From NCBI RefSeq assembly GCF_001652585.1, contig NZ_LWLG01000020.1, positions 1-31,103 on the forward strand: 31,103 nt of DNA, in the 5' to 3' direction. A model generated the notes under the pieces. The model did no database searches, was not told the origin of the DNA, and was given only the letters and a program-made list of their open reading frames with translations. The DNA comes from Thermosulfurimonas dismutans (lineage in GTDB: Bacteria; Desulfobacterota; Thermodesulfobacteria; Thermodesulfobacteriales; Thermodesulfobacteriaceae). This document shows, in pieces, positions 6,791 to 16,198 of the stretch (position 1 is its first letter; each line of letters opens with the position of its first letter). The translations under genes were made by a program, and so were the position numbers.

Positions 6791-7439
6791 GAAATTTCCT
6801 GAAGTGGAGACGCTAGTGGTGGGGCCGCTAGCCGTTTGCTGTTATCTAGTATATGACCCGGAAACCCTGGAGGGCGTGGTCATAGATCCCGGAGGAGACG
6901 CCAGAAAGATCCTCTCTAGAGTCGAGGCCCTCGGGCTCAAGATCAAATGGATACTGGGGACCCACGGACACGCAGACCACGTGGCGGCCGTTGGAGAGTT
7001 GAGGGATAGGCTTTCCGTACCTTTTGCCCTTCACAGGGACGATGACGAGTTCTTCCGGGCTGAAGGGGCTTCCTTTTTCATATCTTGGGGGTTCCCTCCT
7101 AATCCCCCCGCAGACGAGACCTTTGAGGAGGGGGCCCGTTTCACCTTCGGAAACTTTGAGCTGCAGGTCATTCATACTCCGGGCCACTCCCCGGGCTCGG
7201 TCTGTTTCTACGACGGAAAACGCCTTCTTTTTACTGGGGATACCCTTTTTGTGGGCGCCGTAGGGCGGGGTGATCTTCCGGGAGGAGATTACTTTCAGAT
7301 GATGCGCTCTATAAAAGAAAAACTCCTGGTCCTTCCAGAGGATACTATTGTCTTCCCGGGACACGATTACGGCGATCGGCCCACTTCTACCATCGGCCGG
7401 GAAAAACGGGCAAATCCCTTCATACAAGAGGGACTTTAA
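6783..7439 (+). CDS. MBL-fold metallo-hydrolase (glyoxalase II-like)
   Basis: 218 aa with the HxHxDH motif GTHGHADH, then HTPGHSPGS, GDTLF and a distal PGHDY. GGAGGAGG sits 6 nt upstream. The start overlaps the thiI-like stop by 8 nt. Confidence 0.9.
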   Translation: MDKKFPEVETLVVGPLAVCCYLVYDPETLEGVVIDPGGDARKILSRVEALGLKIKWILGTHGHADHVAAVGELRDRLSVPFALHRDDDEFFRAEGASFFISWGFPPNPPADETFEEGARFTFGNFELQVIHTPGHSPGSVCFYDGKRLLFTGDTLFVGAVGRGDLPGGDYFQMMRSIKEKLLVLPEDTIVFPGHDYGDRPTSTIGREKRANPFIQEGL

Positions 7440-7442
7440 ATC

Positions 7443-8372
7443 TCAAGCCAACCAGTGGTAAACCAAGGGCAGAGTGATAAAGGATAGCAGAGTAGTTACC
7501 AGAATAGCGAAAGCCGAAAGGGAAACATCCAGTTCGAATTCGGCGGCCAGTAAAAGGGATAGGACCATGGTTGGCATGGCCCCCTCGAGAATTACGGCTT
7601 TGAAGGCTGTGCCCTCTAGGTGCAAGCCTTTCGCGATGAAAACGGAAAGAAGAGGGGAAAGGAAGAGTTTTAGAAGAATAACCGGAAAGACAAGATGAAA
7701 CTGTCTTGCTACGGATAGGCTGAGGGCTAGACCGATACTGAAGATCATAAGAGGAACCACCAAGCCGCTGAACATATCAAGGACTTTGAGGATTATTTCG
7801 GGCAAAGGTGCCTTCAGGATATTAAGAATTATTCCGAGAAAGATTCCCCAGAGAGGAGGGAGCTTGAGGATAATGGCTAGTGAATCCTTAGGAGTCAAGG
7901 TGCGATTTTTGGCCCCCAAGCGAGCGGCTATAGGGGCGCCTATAAGCCATAAGATAGGAGTAGTGGCCAAGAGATCGTAATAGAGGGCGTATTTGATGGC
8001 TTCGGTTCCGAAAAGAGAGCTAAGGACAGGTATGCCCAGATAAGTAACGTTTCCGAAGCTGGAGGAGAGGATCAAGACCCCTTTCTGAGAAGGGCTTAGG
8101 AGTTGCCGACGTTCGAGGAGGTTGAAAACGATAAGGGAGAAACTAAGCGTTGCAATAATGGTTAGAGCCGCGGTGAGCGGTATCACGAATATCGTCCGAT
8201 CTAGGGTGGCAGTATAGATGGTTTTAAGGCATAGAGCCGGGAGAAAGAGGTTCAAGACCATGATATTTATGCTTTTCCGGATAGTGTCGGCCGTCTCCTG
8301 GCCTACCCAGAAACGCCTGAAGAGGGCTCCGGTCAAAATTACCAGGAAGAAGGATAGTAAAGTGGTTTGCAT
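7443..8372 (-). CDS. AEC (auxin efflux carrier) family permease
   Basis: 309 aa, polytopic and hydrophobic throughout. The N-terminus (ILTGALFRR...INIMVLNLFLPALCL) and the two-halves architecture resemble the AEC/PF03547 family. Confidence 0.75.
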   Translation of the reverse strand: MQTTLLSFFLVILTGALFRRFWVGQETADTIRKSINIMVLNLFLPALCLKTIYTATLDRTIFVIPLTAALTIIATLSFSLIVFNLLERRQLLSPSQKGVLILSSSFGNVTYLGIPVLSSLFGTEAIKYALYYDLLATTPILWLIGAPIAARLGAKNRTLTPKDSLAIILKLPPLWGIFLGIILNILKAPLPEIILKVLDMFSGLVVPLMIFSIGLALSLSVARQFHLVFPVILLKLFLSPLLSVFIAKGLHLEGTAFKAVILEGAMPTMVLSLLLAAEFELDVSLSAFAILVTTLLSFITLPLVYHWLA

Positions 8373-8395
8373 CTTTACTTAAGAAACTCTAGGGG

Positions 8396-9703
8396 CTAAC
8401 CTCTTCCCACCCCAGTGTACTTGAAGCCCAGGCTCTTGACCACTTCCGGTTCGTAAATGTTTCGCATGTCAATTAGATTGGGTTCGGCCATAAGGTTCTT
8501 GATTTCTTTGAGATCTAGGAACCTGAATTCGTTCCATTCAGTAAGGATGATCAAGGCATGGGCCCCTTTGGCGGCCTTGAGGGGATCCTTGACGTATTCC
8601 ACTTCCAGGTCTGGACACCAATGGCGGAATTCTTCCATAGCCACCGGGTCATAGACCCGCACCCGAGCCCCGCGTTTTACTAATTCCGGAACCACGGTCA
8701 GCGCCGGGGCTTCGCGGACGTCGCTGGTATTGGGCTTAAAGGATAAGCCCAGCACGGCCACCGTTTTTCCGGAGAGTCCCTTGCAAAGGTCTTCAGCCTT
8801 TTCTACCGCCCGCAGTTTCTGTCTTTCGTTAACTTCGAGTACGGCCTCCAAAATGTGCATGGGAGAGCCCACTTCTCGTCCCTGATGTACCAAGGCCTTT
8901 ACATCCTTGGGGAAACAGGAACCTCCGAAACCAGGGCCGGGATTTAGAAATTTGCGCCCTATACGGGGATCTAGCCCCATGGCACGGGCCACTACCGTAA
9001 CATCCGCCCCGGCCTTCTCACAAAGGTTGGCGATCTCATTTATGAAACTTACCTTGGTAGCCAGGAAGGCGTTGCTTGCATATTTGATCATCTCCGCGGT
9101 CTCAAGATCCGTAATAATGAAAGGCGTTTCGGCCAGATAGAGCGGCCGATAGATATCTTTTACGATAGCGATGGCGTAGGCACTCTCACCTCCGATGACC
9201 ACCCGATCCGGATGCATGAAGTCTTCCACCGCCGAACCCTCTCGCAGGAACTCTGGATTGGAGATGATATCCACAGCCACGTTGTTCTTTTTGTGTTTGT
9301 CAATGATCTGTTTGATCCAGCGGTTGGTGCCCACCGGAACCGTGCTCTTGGTGACCACCACCTTGTAGTCATCTAAGGCTTCAGCCAGGGAAAGGGCCAC
9401 TTCTTTTATCTGGGATAGATCGGCAGAACCGTCCGGTGCGGGAGGTGTGCCCACGCAGATGAAAATCACTAGGGCCTGCTTTACGGCTTCCCGGAGATCG
9501 GTGGTGAAGGAAAGTCGGCCGGCCTCCATGTTTTTGTGGACCAGTTCTTCGAGCCCTGGCTCATAAAAGGGGATACGGCCCTTGCGGAGTTGTTTGATCT
9601 TTTCTTTGTCTTTATCCACACAGATAACCTTCATGCCGAAATCCGCCATACCAGCACCGGAAACCAGGCCTACATAACCTGTGCCAATAACCGCAATGTG
9701 CAT
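8396..9703 (-). CDS. ugd: UDP-glucose 6-dehydrogenase
   Basis: 435 aa with MHIAVIGTGYVGLVSG (NAD-binding motif), the catalytic-Cys motif GFGGSCFPKDV, and the C-terminal UDP-binding domain. Confidence 0.93.
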   Translation of the reverse strand: MHIAVIGTGYVGLVSGAGMADFGMKVICVDKDKEKIKQLRKGRIPFYEPGLEELVHKNMEAGRLSFTTDLREAVKQALVIFICVGTPPAPDGSADLSQIKEVALSLAEALDDYKVVVTKSTVPVGTNRWIKQIIDKHKKNNVAVDIISNPEFLREGSAVEDFMHPDRVVIGGESAYAIAIVKDIYRPLYLAETPFIITDLETAEMIKYASNAFLATKVSFINEIANLCEKAGADVTVVARAMGLDPRIGRKFLNPGPGFGGSCFPKDVKALVHQGREVGSPMHILEAVLEVNERQKLRAVEKAEDLCKGLSGKTVAVLGLSFKPNTSDVREAPALTVVPELVKRGARVRVYDPVAMEEFRHWCPDLEVEYVKDPLKAAKGAHALIILTEWNEFRFLDLKEIKNLMAEPNLIDMRNIYEPEVVKSLGFKYTGVGRG

Positions 9704-9716
9704 GTCAGATCCTCCT

Positions 9717-11564
9717 TTACTCTACGGTTACGCTTTTGGCGAGGTTGCGGGGCTGATCCACGTCACAACCCCTCTTGACGGCAATTTCGTAGGCCAAAAG
9801 CTGAAGCGGCACGGTATAAAGGATAGGTGAGACTTCCCAGGAAACTTCCGGAAGGCCCACGAAATCCGTAACTAGATTTGCGAGATGTGCATCTCCCTCT
9901 GTTCCAAAACCGATGACCGGTCCCCGTCGAGAGCGCACTTCCTCTATATTTGAGAGCATCTTTTCATAAGTTATGCCCCCTTCTTTGGGAGCTAAGGCTA
10001 CTGTGGGCACGTTTTCTTCGATGAGGGCGATGGGGCCGTGTTTCATTTCACCAGCGGCGTAACCCTCGGCATGAATGTAGGATATTTCCTTGAGTTTCAA
10101 GGCCCCCTCAAGGGCCACCGGATAAAGGATGTTTCGTCCTAGATAGAGGAAATCTTCTTGTCGAAAGTATTTCTCCGAAAGCTCTTTGAGGACGGGATGC
10201 ACGGCTTTGATAACTAGGTTGACTTTCTCTGGAAGTTCTACCAGTTCCCCGGAGAGTTCCATCGCCCTTTCGAGTGTAAGCCGTCCGGTAAGCCTTCCCA
10301 TATAGAGGGTTAAAAGAAGAAAAATTGTTAGCTGGGAAGTGAAGGCCTTGGTGGAGGCCACTCCGATTTCCGGCCCGGCGTGGGTGTAAATGACCCGGTG
10401 GGCCTCCCGGGCGATGGTGCTTCCCAAGACGTTACAGATGGCAAGCACCCGGGCCGAAAGCTCTTTGGCCAGCCGTAAACCTGCAAGGGTGTCCGCAGTC
10501 TCTCCAGACTGGGAGATGAAGATGGCAAGTGTCCGATCGTTTATCAAAACATCCCGGTAGCGGAACTCCGAGGCTAGGTCTACCTCCACCGGGATGCCGG
10601 CCCATTTCTCAAAAAGATACTTTCCTACCAGACCCGCGTGATAGGAGGTCCCGCAGGCCACGATAAAAATCCTTTCGAGCCCTTCAAAGAATTCCGGGGA
10701 AAGCTCAGCGTCTGAAAGGTCCACCTCTCCGGTCTCCGGATTGAGCCTGCCTCTTAGGGTGTCTCTTATGGCCTCGGGCTGTTCATAGATCTCCTTCAGC
10801 ATGAAGTGCGGAAAACCGGCCTTTTCGGCCTGGGAGGCATCCCAGGCGATCTCGTGGACCTCGCGTGTGATTTCTTCTCCGGTGAGCCGAAAGATTTTGG
10901 GCCCCTCTACCCTCAAAATGGCCAGATCTCCATCTTCAAGGAAGATAACTCGTCTAGTCCAAGGCAGGATGGCCGGAACATCCGAGGCCAGGAAGACTTC
11001 GTTTTCTCCGACTCCCAGAACCAAAGGGCTTTGGTTCCTTGCCACCACGATGGTTTCAGGGTCCCGACGCCAGATGACCCCAAGGGCGTAGGCCCCTTTG
11101 ACCTTGGAGAGGGCACCCTTTACCGCAGAAAATAGATCTCCGGTCTCTCGTAGGGCCTCTTCTACCAGATGGGCGATGACTTCGGTATCGGTTTCGGAGA
11201 CGAAGCGGTGCCCCCTAGCGGAGAGCTCTTGCTTTAGAGCGTGGTAGTTTTCGATGATGCCATTGTGGACCACGGCCACTTCGCCGGTGCAGTCGAAATG
11301 GGGATGGGCATTTTCCTTGGAGGGTTCGCCGTGGGTTGCCCAGCGGGTGTGTCCCAGGCCAGGGGCCTGGCCCCTGACTTCTCGGTTGGCAAGCCTCTCG
11401 TCAAGATCAAGGACCTTTCCCTTTACCCTCTCCACAAAGAGGTTGTTTTCGGTGAAAAAGACCACCCCTGCCGAATCATACCCCCGGTATTCAAGCCGCC
11501 GGAGGCCCTCAAGCAGGACGGTCTTTACCGGCCGCTTTCCGAGATAACCGATGATTCCGCACAT
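9717..11564 (-). CDS. glmS: glutamine--fructose-6-phosphate aminotransferase (isomerizing)
   Basis: 615 aa. It starts MCGIIGY (N-terminal nucleophile Cys), carries two SIS domains, and ends in the typical LAKSVTVE. Confidence 0.97.
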   Translation of the reverse strand: MCGIIGYLGKRPVKTVLLEGLRRLEYRGYDSAGVVFFTENNLFVERVKGKVLDLDERLANREVRGQAPGLGHTRWATHGEPSKENAHPHFDCTGEVAVVHNGIIENYHALKQELSARGHRFVSETDTEVIAHLVEEALRETGDLFSAVKGALSKVKGAYALGVIWRRDPETIVVARNQSPLVLGVGENEVFLASDVPAILPWTRRVIFLEDGDLAILRVEGPKIFRLTGEEITREVHEIAWDASQAEKAGFPHFMLKEIYEQPEAIRDTLRGRLNPETGEVDLSDAELSPEFFEGLERIFIVACGTSYHAGLVGKYLFEKWAGIPVEVDLASEFRYRDVLINDRTLAIFISQSGETADTLAGLRLAKELSARVLAICNVLGSTIAREAHRVIYTHAGPEIGVASTKAFTSQLTIFLLLTLYMGRLTGRLTLERAMELSGELVELPEKVNLVIKAVHPVLKELSEKYFRQEDFLYLGRNILYPVALEGALKLKEISYIHAEGYAAGEMKHGPIALIEENVPTVALAPKEGGITYEKMLSNIEEVRSRRGPVIGFGTEGDAHLANLVTDFVGLPEVSWEVSPILYTVPLQLLAYEIAVKRGCDVDQPRNLAKSVTVE

Positions 11565-11578
11565 AAAAAGCCCCCCTC

Positions 11579-11881
11579 CTAGTTTTCTCCCCGCAACTTT
11601 TTAAGATACTCCTCCCATTCCCAAGGAAGGAGATACTTTTTCTTGTTGTTGCACTCCTTGCAGGCCGGGACAAGATTGGATTTTTCAGACCGACCTCCCT
11701 GGGCCAGGGGGATCCTGTGATCCATGGTGAGTTCATTGGGAGGTACCCTTCGGCCGCAGTAGTAACATATTCCGCGGGCACACTTTTTGCGCCACCAGCG
11801 AGTCTTCCGAAGTTTCCGGGCCTTTTCCCGTTCCTTCCGAATCCATTCCTCAGGCGTGCAACAATCTTGCCACCTGCCCAT
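11579..11881 (-). CDS. small stand-alone HNH endonuclease
   Basis: 100 aa with CYYCGRRV...TMDHRIPLAQGG...NLVPACKECNNKK, a Cys-box plus H-N-H core. The N-terminal half is basic. It lies 14 nt upstream of glmS on the same strand. Confidence 0.85.
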   Translation of the reverse strand: MGRWQDCCTPEEWIRKEREKARKLRKTRWWRKKCARGICYYCGRRVPPNELTMDHRIPLAQGGRSEKSNLVPACKECNNKKKYLLPWEWEEYLKKLRGEN

Positions 11882-11895
11882 TACCTGTTTAGTAT
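11867..11895 (+). promoter_or_regulatory. candidate promoter for a leaderless mqn-family transcript
   Basis: TTGCCA (11867-11872, inside the first codons of the HNH gene), a 17-nt spacer, then TAGTAT (11890-11895). The predicted start at about 11902-11904 coincides with ATG 11904, and no SD sequence is present. On the other strand TATACT (11896-11891) overlaps it as a candidate -10 element for the HNH-glmS operon. Confidence 0.35.
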
Positions 11896-11903
11896 AGCCG
11901 TAA

Positions 11904-12992
11904 ATGCTGGAAGGAACAATTAAGAGAGCCGGTCTCGAGGATATTTTTGAAAAGATTCTCTCTGGGGAGAGGCTTTCCCGAGAGGATGGTCTCCGGCTCT
12001 TCGAATCGCGGGATCTGCTGACCTTAGGTAGGCTAGCCCGAATGGTCCGCGAGCGTCTGCACGGCCGGAAGGTGTATTATGTCATAAATCGGCACCTCAA
12101 TTACACCAATATCTGTCAAAACCGTTGTCGGTTCTGTGCTTACTGGAGGGCCCCGGGAGATCCAGAGGGATACGTAATTTCTCCTGAGGAGGCCGTAAGG
12201 CGACTTTCCGAGGGTCCACCCCCGCGCGAGATTCATATTGTAGGGGGAGTAAATCCTGAGCTTCCTTACGAGTACTATCTTGAGCTCCTTTCCGCAGTCA
12301 AAGAAGCCTTCCCTGAGGCCCACATCAAGGCCTTCACTTGTGTGGAAATAGACCATCTTTCCCGGATCTCTGGAAAATCTGTGGAGGAGGTCCTAAAGGA
12401 CCTTGTCGCCGCTGGTCTTTCCTGTATCCCAGGAGGCGGAGCCGAAGTCTTCTCACACCGAGTCCGAGAGAGACTTTTTCCGGAAAAGATACCGGCCGAG
12501 CGCTGGCTCGAGATCGCCAAAATTGCTCATCGCTTAGGTATTTCCTCCAACGCCACCATGCTATACGGACATATTGAGACCTACGAGGAACGGGTGGATC
12601 ATCTCCTGAGGCTCCGTGAGGTTCAGGACGAGACCAGAGGTTTTCTGTGTTTCATTCCTCTTCCTTTTCTGCCCCAGAAGACGGCCCTTTCCGGGGAGGT
12701 CTCCCCGACTACCGGTTTTGAAGACCTTAAGATGATAGCGATCTCTAGACTTCTTCTGGACAATATCCCGCATATCAAGGCCTATTGGGTCTTTCTGGGG
12801 GTAAAACTTTCTCAGTTGGCCCTCCAATTTGGGGCCGACGATCTTCACGGCACGGTGGTGGAGGAGAAAATAAGCGAGGCCTCAGGTGGTCGTGAGGCCA
12901 AGGCCCTATCCCGGGCCGAAATAGAGCGTCTCGTCCGCGAGGCCGGCTTCGAGCCCGTGGAAAGGGACGCCTTTTATCAGCCGGTGAACTAG
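11904..12992 (+). CDS. radical SAM enzyme of the futalosine menaquinone pathway (MqnC/MqnE family, CofH-like)
   Basis: 362 aa. The N-terminal [18 protein letters not shown]...LGRLA segment and [15 protein letters not shown] (CxxxCxxC) are typical of MqnC/MqnE/CofH. I cannot tell MqnC from MqnE by eye. Confidence 0.8.
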   Translation: MLEGTIKRAGLEDIFEKILSGERLSREDGLRLFESRDLLTLGRLARMVRERLHGRKVYYVINRHLNYTNICQNRCRFCAYWRAPGDPEGYVISPEEAVRRLSEGPPPREIHIVGGVNPELPYEYYLELLSAVKEAFPEAHIKAFTCVEIDHLSRISGKSVEEVLKDLVAAGLSCIPGGGAEVFSHRVRERLFPEKIPAERWLEIAKIAHRLGISSNATMLYGHIETYEERVDHLLRLREVQDETRGFLCFIPLPFLPQKTALSGEVSPTTGFEDLKMIAISRLLLDNIPHIKAYWVFLGVKLSQLALQFGADDLHGTVVEEKISEASGGREAKALSRAEIERLVREAGFEPVERDAFYQPVN

Positions 12993-15409
12993 ACTTCCCG
13001 TACCACCGCCAACCCTACGATCTTTTCTTGACCGTTTAGGAAGAAAAGCTTGACTCCCCGAGTGCTTCGCCCTTTATGGGGGACCTCTTTTACTCTAAGG
13101 CGTATGATCTTTCCGGAATCGGAAAGAAGTAGGATTTCGTCTTCGTCCGAGACCAGAAGACCTCCGGCCAATCCTCCAGACTTGGCGTCCACCCTGGCGG
13201 CAATAATACCTTTGCCTCCGCGGCTCTGGATGCGGAACTCCGAAAGACGGGTCCGCTTTCCGTAACCGGATTCCGTGACCGTAAGGAGGTCCCGTTTCTC
13301 ATTTGAGGGAATAACAAGGAGGCTTACCACCTCGTCGCCTTCGGAAAGCTCTATGCCCTTCACGCCGGCGGCGTTTCGGCCCATGGGACGGACGTCTTTT
13401 TCGGAAAACCTTATACTTTGCCCCCTTCTGGTAAGGAGCATAAGTCCCTGATGGCCATCGGTGAGTCCTGCGGCCACTAACTCATCACCCTCGTTGAGCT
13501 TTACAGCGATAATGCCTGTTGAGCGGGGATTTGCGAATTCCGAAAGCTCAGTTTTTTTAATGAGCCCACGACGGGTCGCAAAAACCACAAAACGCCCTGG
13601 CGAAAATTCCCGCACCGGAAGCACGGCCGAGATCTTTTCTTCCTCCGAGAGGGAAAGGAGGTTGGCCAGCAGAGTGCCTTTGGCTTGGCGTCCGGCCTGA
13701 GGGATGTCTAGCACTCTCAGCCAATAAGCCCGTCCCCGATTGGTGAAACAGAGAAAGACCTCGTGGGTAGTGGCTACATAAAGATCCTTGACTGCGTCCT
13801 CCTCCGAGACCGAAAGTCCGCTTACGCCCTTTCCACCCCGTCGCTGTTGCCGATAAGTATGGATGGGGAGACGTTTCACATAGCCCCGGTGGGTTATGGT
13901 GACCACCATCGATTCCTCAAGTACGAGATCTTCCCAGGAAACCTCGCCGGTATCCGGTACGATTTCCGTGCGTCTCTCGTCGGCATACTTTTCCTTGAGC
14001 TCCCTGATCTCGGCCTCGATGACCCCTTTCAGGGTCTCTTCGTCCGTGAGGATCTTTTCGAACCAGGCAATCTGGCGCTTTAGTTCCTGGTATTCCGCGG
14101 CCAGTTTCTCCCGCTCCAGGGCTGTGAGCCTCTGAAGACGCATATCCAGAATGGCCTGGGCCTGAGCCTCGGAGAACCCGAAGCGTCCTATGAGTTTTTC
14201 CTTGGCCTCGGCCGGAGTGTGTGAGCCCCGAATGAGGGCGATAATCTCGTCAAGATGATCAAGGGCCTTGAGCAATCCTTCCAGGATATGGGCCCGTTCG
14301 CGGGCCTTGCGAAGATCGTATTGCGTGCGCCGAAGGACCACCTCCCGCCGGTGGGTGAGAAATTGCCAAAGGACCTCCCGCAGGGAGAGCAACTCCGGTC
14401 GTCCCCGTACCAGGGCCAGCATGATGATTCCGAAAGAGCTTTCAAGCGGCGTGTGCTTGTAAAGTTGGTTCAAGATTACTCGAGCCTGATCCTCCTTCTC
14501 TCGCTTGAGCTCCACCACCACCCGGATGCCATCCCGGTCAGATTCGTCTCTAACTTCGGCGATGCCTTCAATCTTCTTGTTGCGGGCAAGCTCGGCAATA
14601 CGTTCCACCAGTTTGGCCTTGTTGACCTGGTAGGGGATTTCGGTAATGACGATGGCCGTCCGTCCTCGTTCGCGTTCGATGGTAGCCCGTCCTCGCATCT
14701 TGATGAGGCCCTTTCCGGTGAGATAGGCCTCGCGGATGCCTTCGGTGCCCACGATGAGAGCCCCAGTAGGAAAGTCCGGGCCTTTGATATACCGCATGAG
14801 CTCATCCAGGGTGATCTCTGGGTTCTTGAGCATGGCCATCAGGGCCTCCGCCACCTCGCCCAGATTGTGAGGAGGGATGTTGGTAGCCATACCCACTGCA
14901 ATACCGGAGGCCCCGTTCACCAGTAGATTGGGAAGTTTAGAGGGCAGAACCACCGGTTCCTCTAGGGTGTTGTCGTAGTTGGGGGCAAAGTCCACGGTCT
15001 CCTTTTCGATATCCACTAGCATTTCGTGCGCTATGCGAGCAAGACGTACCTCGGTGTAGCGCATGGCCGCAGGAGCATCGCCATCCACCGATCCGAAATT
15101 CCCCTGTCCGTCCACCAGGGGGTAACGCATGGTGAAGTCCTGGGCCATGCGCACCAGGGTGTCATAAACCGCGGCGTCTCCGTGGGGATGGTATTTACCG
15201 ATGACTTCTCCCACCACTCGGGCGCTCTTCTTGTGAGGTTTGTTCCAGTCGTTTTTCATCTCATGCATGGCATATAGGATTCGGCGCTGGACCGGTTTCA
15301 ATCCGTCCCTTACGTCCGGAAGTGCCCGGCCTACGATGACGCTCATGGCGTAGTCCAAATAGGAACGCTTAAGTTCTTCTTCCAAAGGTACGGACAGTAT
15401 TTCGCCCAT
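12989..15409 (-). CDS. gyrA: DNA gyrase subunit A
   Basis: 806 aa with [13 protein letters not shown], the QRDR-like GKYHPHGD, the active-site Tyr in AAMRYTE, and C-terminal beta-pinwheel repeats. AGGGAGG precedes the ATG. Confidence 0.98.
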   Translation of the reverse strand: MGEILSVPLEEELKRSYLDYAMSVIVGRALPDVRDGLKPVQRRILYAMHEMKNDWNKPHKKSARVVGEVIGKYHPHGDAAVYDTLVRMAQDFTMRYPLVDGQGNFGSVDGDAPAAMRYTEVRLARIAHEMLVDIEKETVDFAPNYDNTLEEPVVLPSKLPNLLVNGASGIAVGMATNIPPHNLGEVAEALMAMLKNPEITLDELMRYIKGPDFPTGALIVGTEGIREAYLTGKGLIKMRGRATIERERGRTAIVITEIPYQVNKAKLVERIAELARNKKIEGIAEVRDESDRDGIRVVVELKREKEDQARVILNQLYKHTPLESSFGIIMLALVRGRPELLSLREVLWQFLTHRREVVLRRTQYDLRKARERAHILEGLLKALDHLDEIIALIRGSHTPAEAKEKLIGRFGFSEAQAQAILDMRLQRLTALEREKLAAEYQELKRQIAWFEKILTDEETLKGVIEAEIRELKEKYADERRTEIVPDTGEVSWEDLVLEESMVVTITHRGYVKRLPIHTYRQQRRGGKGVSGLSVSEEDAVKDLYVATTHEVFLCFTNRGRAYWLRVLDIPQAGRQAKGTLLANLLSLSEEEKISAVLPVREFSPGRFVVFATRRGLIKKTELSEFANPRSTGIIAVKLNEGDELVAAGLTDGHQGLMLLTRRGQSIRFSEKDVRPMGRNAAGVKGIELSEGDEVVSLLVIPSNEKRDLLTVTESGYGKRTRLSEFRIQSRGGKGIIAARVDAKSGGLAGGLLVSDEDEILLLSDSGKIIRLRVKEVPHKGRSTRGVKLFFLNGQEKIVGLAVVREV

Positions 15410-15549
15410 GTTGCCTCCCTGTGGTGGCTTGTATGGGCCCCGAAGGGCTCTCAGGGGATTTTACCCTAAAATGACGGTGAGCAAACTCACCGACCTAGAA
15501 AAGGAGGGACTTCCATGTTAAGGATAAAGCCTTAGAGGGAGGCGCCAGG

Positions 15550-16194
15550 ATGGAAACCAAGGTGTATATCCTGCGACACGGTCAAACCTTTGCCAACGTG
15601 GAGGGGCGTTTTGCCGGCCGTACTCCCGAACCCTTGACTGAAGAGGGCGAACGCCAAGCCCGAAGGGCCGGGGAATACCTCAAAGGGGAAGATCTTAGCC
15701 GGATATACATTAGTCCTCTTCACCGTACCCGGCGTACGGCCGAACTCATGGCGGAAGTCTTGGATAGCCCCGAAATTGTAGAGGAACCGGGATTTTTTGA
15801 AATCAGTATCCCTCCTTGGGAGGGGCGCTTTAAATACGAATTGCGCAAAGATCCGGACATGCAGTACGAGGTCTGGTCCAAGGCCCCTCATCGGTTTTAC
15901 ATCCCTGGTTGCGAGACCTTGCCAGAGGTTTACGGCCGGGCTGTTCGGGCTATGGAGGACCTATTTCATCGTGAGAGCGGTCGCGTGGTGGCGGTGGTCA
16001 CCCACATGGTGGTGGTTCGGGTATTGCTGGTCCATTATCTTGAGCTTCCTCTTTCGGCTTATCGGGAGGTCCCGGTGCCCAACGCCTTGCCCATCCTCCT
16101 TCGACGACAGGGCCTGACGGTAACGATCGAGGTCCCCTTCGGCGATGGAAACGAAGCTGAAAAAATGCGAGAATTTTTAGGGAGACTAAAGTGA
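15550..16194 (+). CDS. histidine phosphatase family protein (PGAM/CobC-like)
   Basis: 214 aa with VYILRHGQT (RHG catalytic motif), SPLHRTRRTA and a distal VVTHMVV histidine. Confidence 0.85.
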   Translation: METKVYILRHGQTFANVEGRFAGRTPEPLTEEGERQARRAGEYLKGEDLSRIYISPLHRTRRTAELMAEVLDSPEIVEEPGFFEISIPPWEGRFKYELRKDPDMQYEVWSKAPHRFYIPGCETLPEVYGRAVRAMEDLFHRESGRVVAVVTHMVVVRVLLVHYLELPLSAYREVPVPNALPILLRRQGLTVTIEVPFGDGNEAEKMREFLGRLK

Positions 16195-16198
16195 GCTT

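Noticed and set aside
9704-11600. glmS ribozyme upstream of glmS, or a Tn7/CAST insertion at the glmS 3' end
   Set aside because: Only 14 nt separate glmS from the upstream HNH gene, which leaves no room for the ribozyme. Only 13 nt separate the glmS stop from ugd, so nothing is inserted at the attTn7-equivalent position.
14255-14926. 223-aa plus-strand ORF antisense to gyrA
   Set aside because: It lies within a strongly supported essential gene on the other strand and has no SD or recognisable domains. Long antisense ORFs are expected in genes of this composition.
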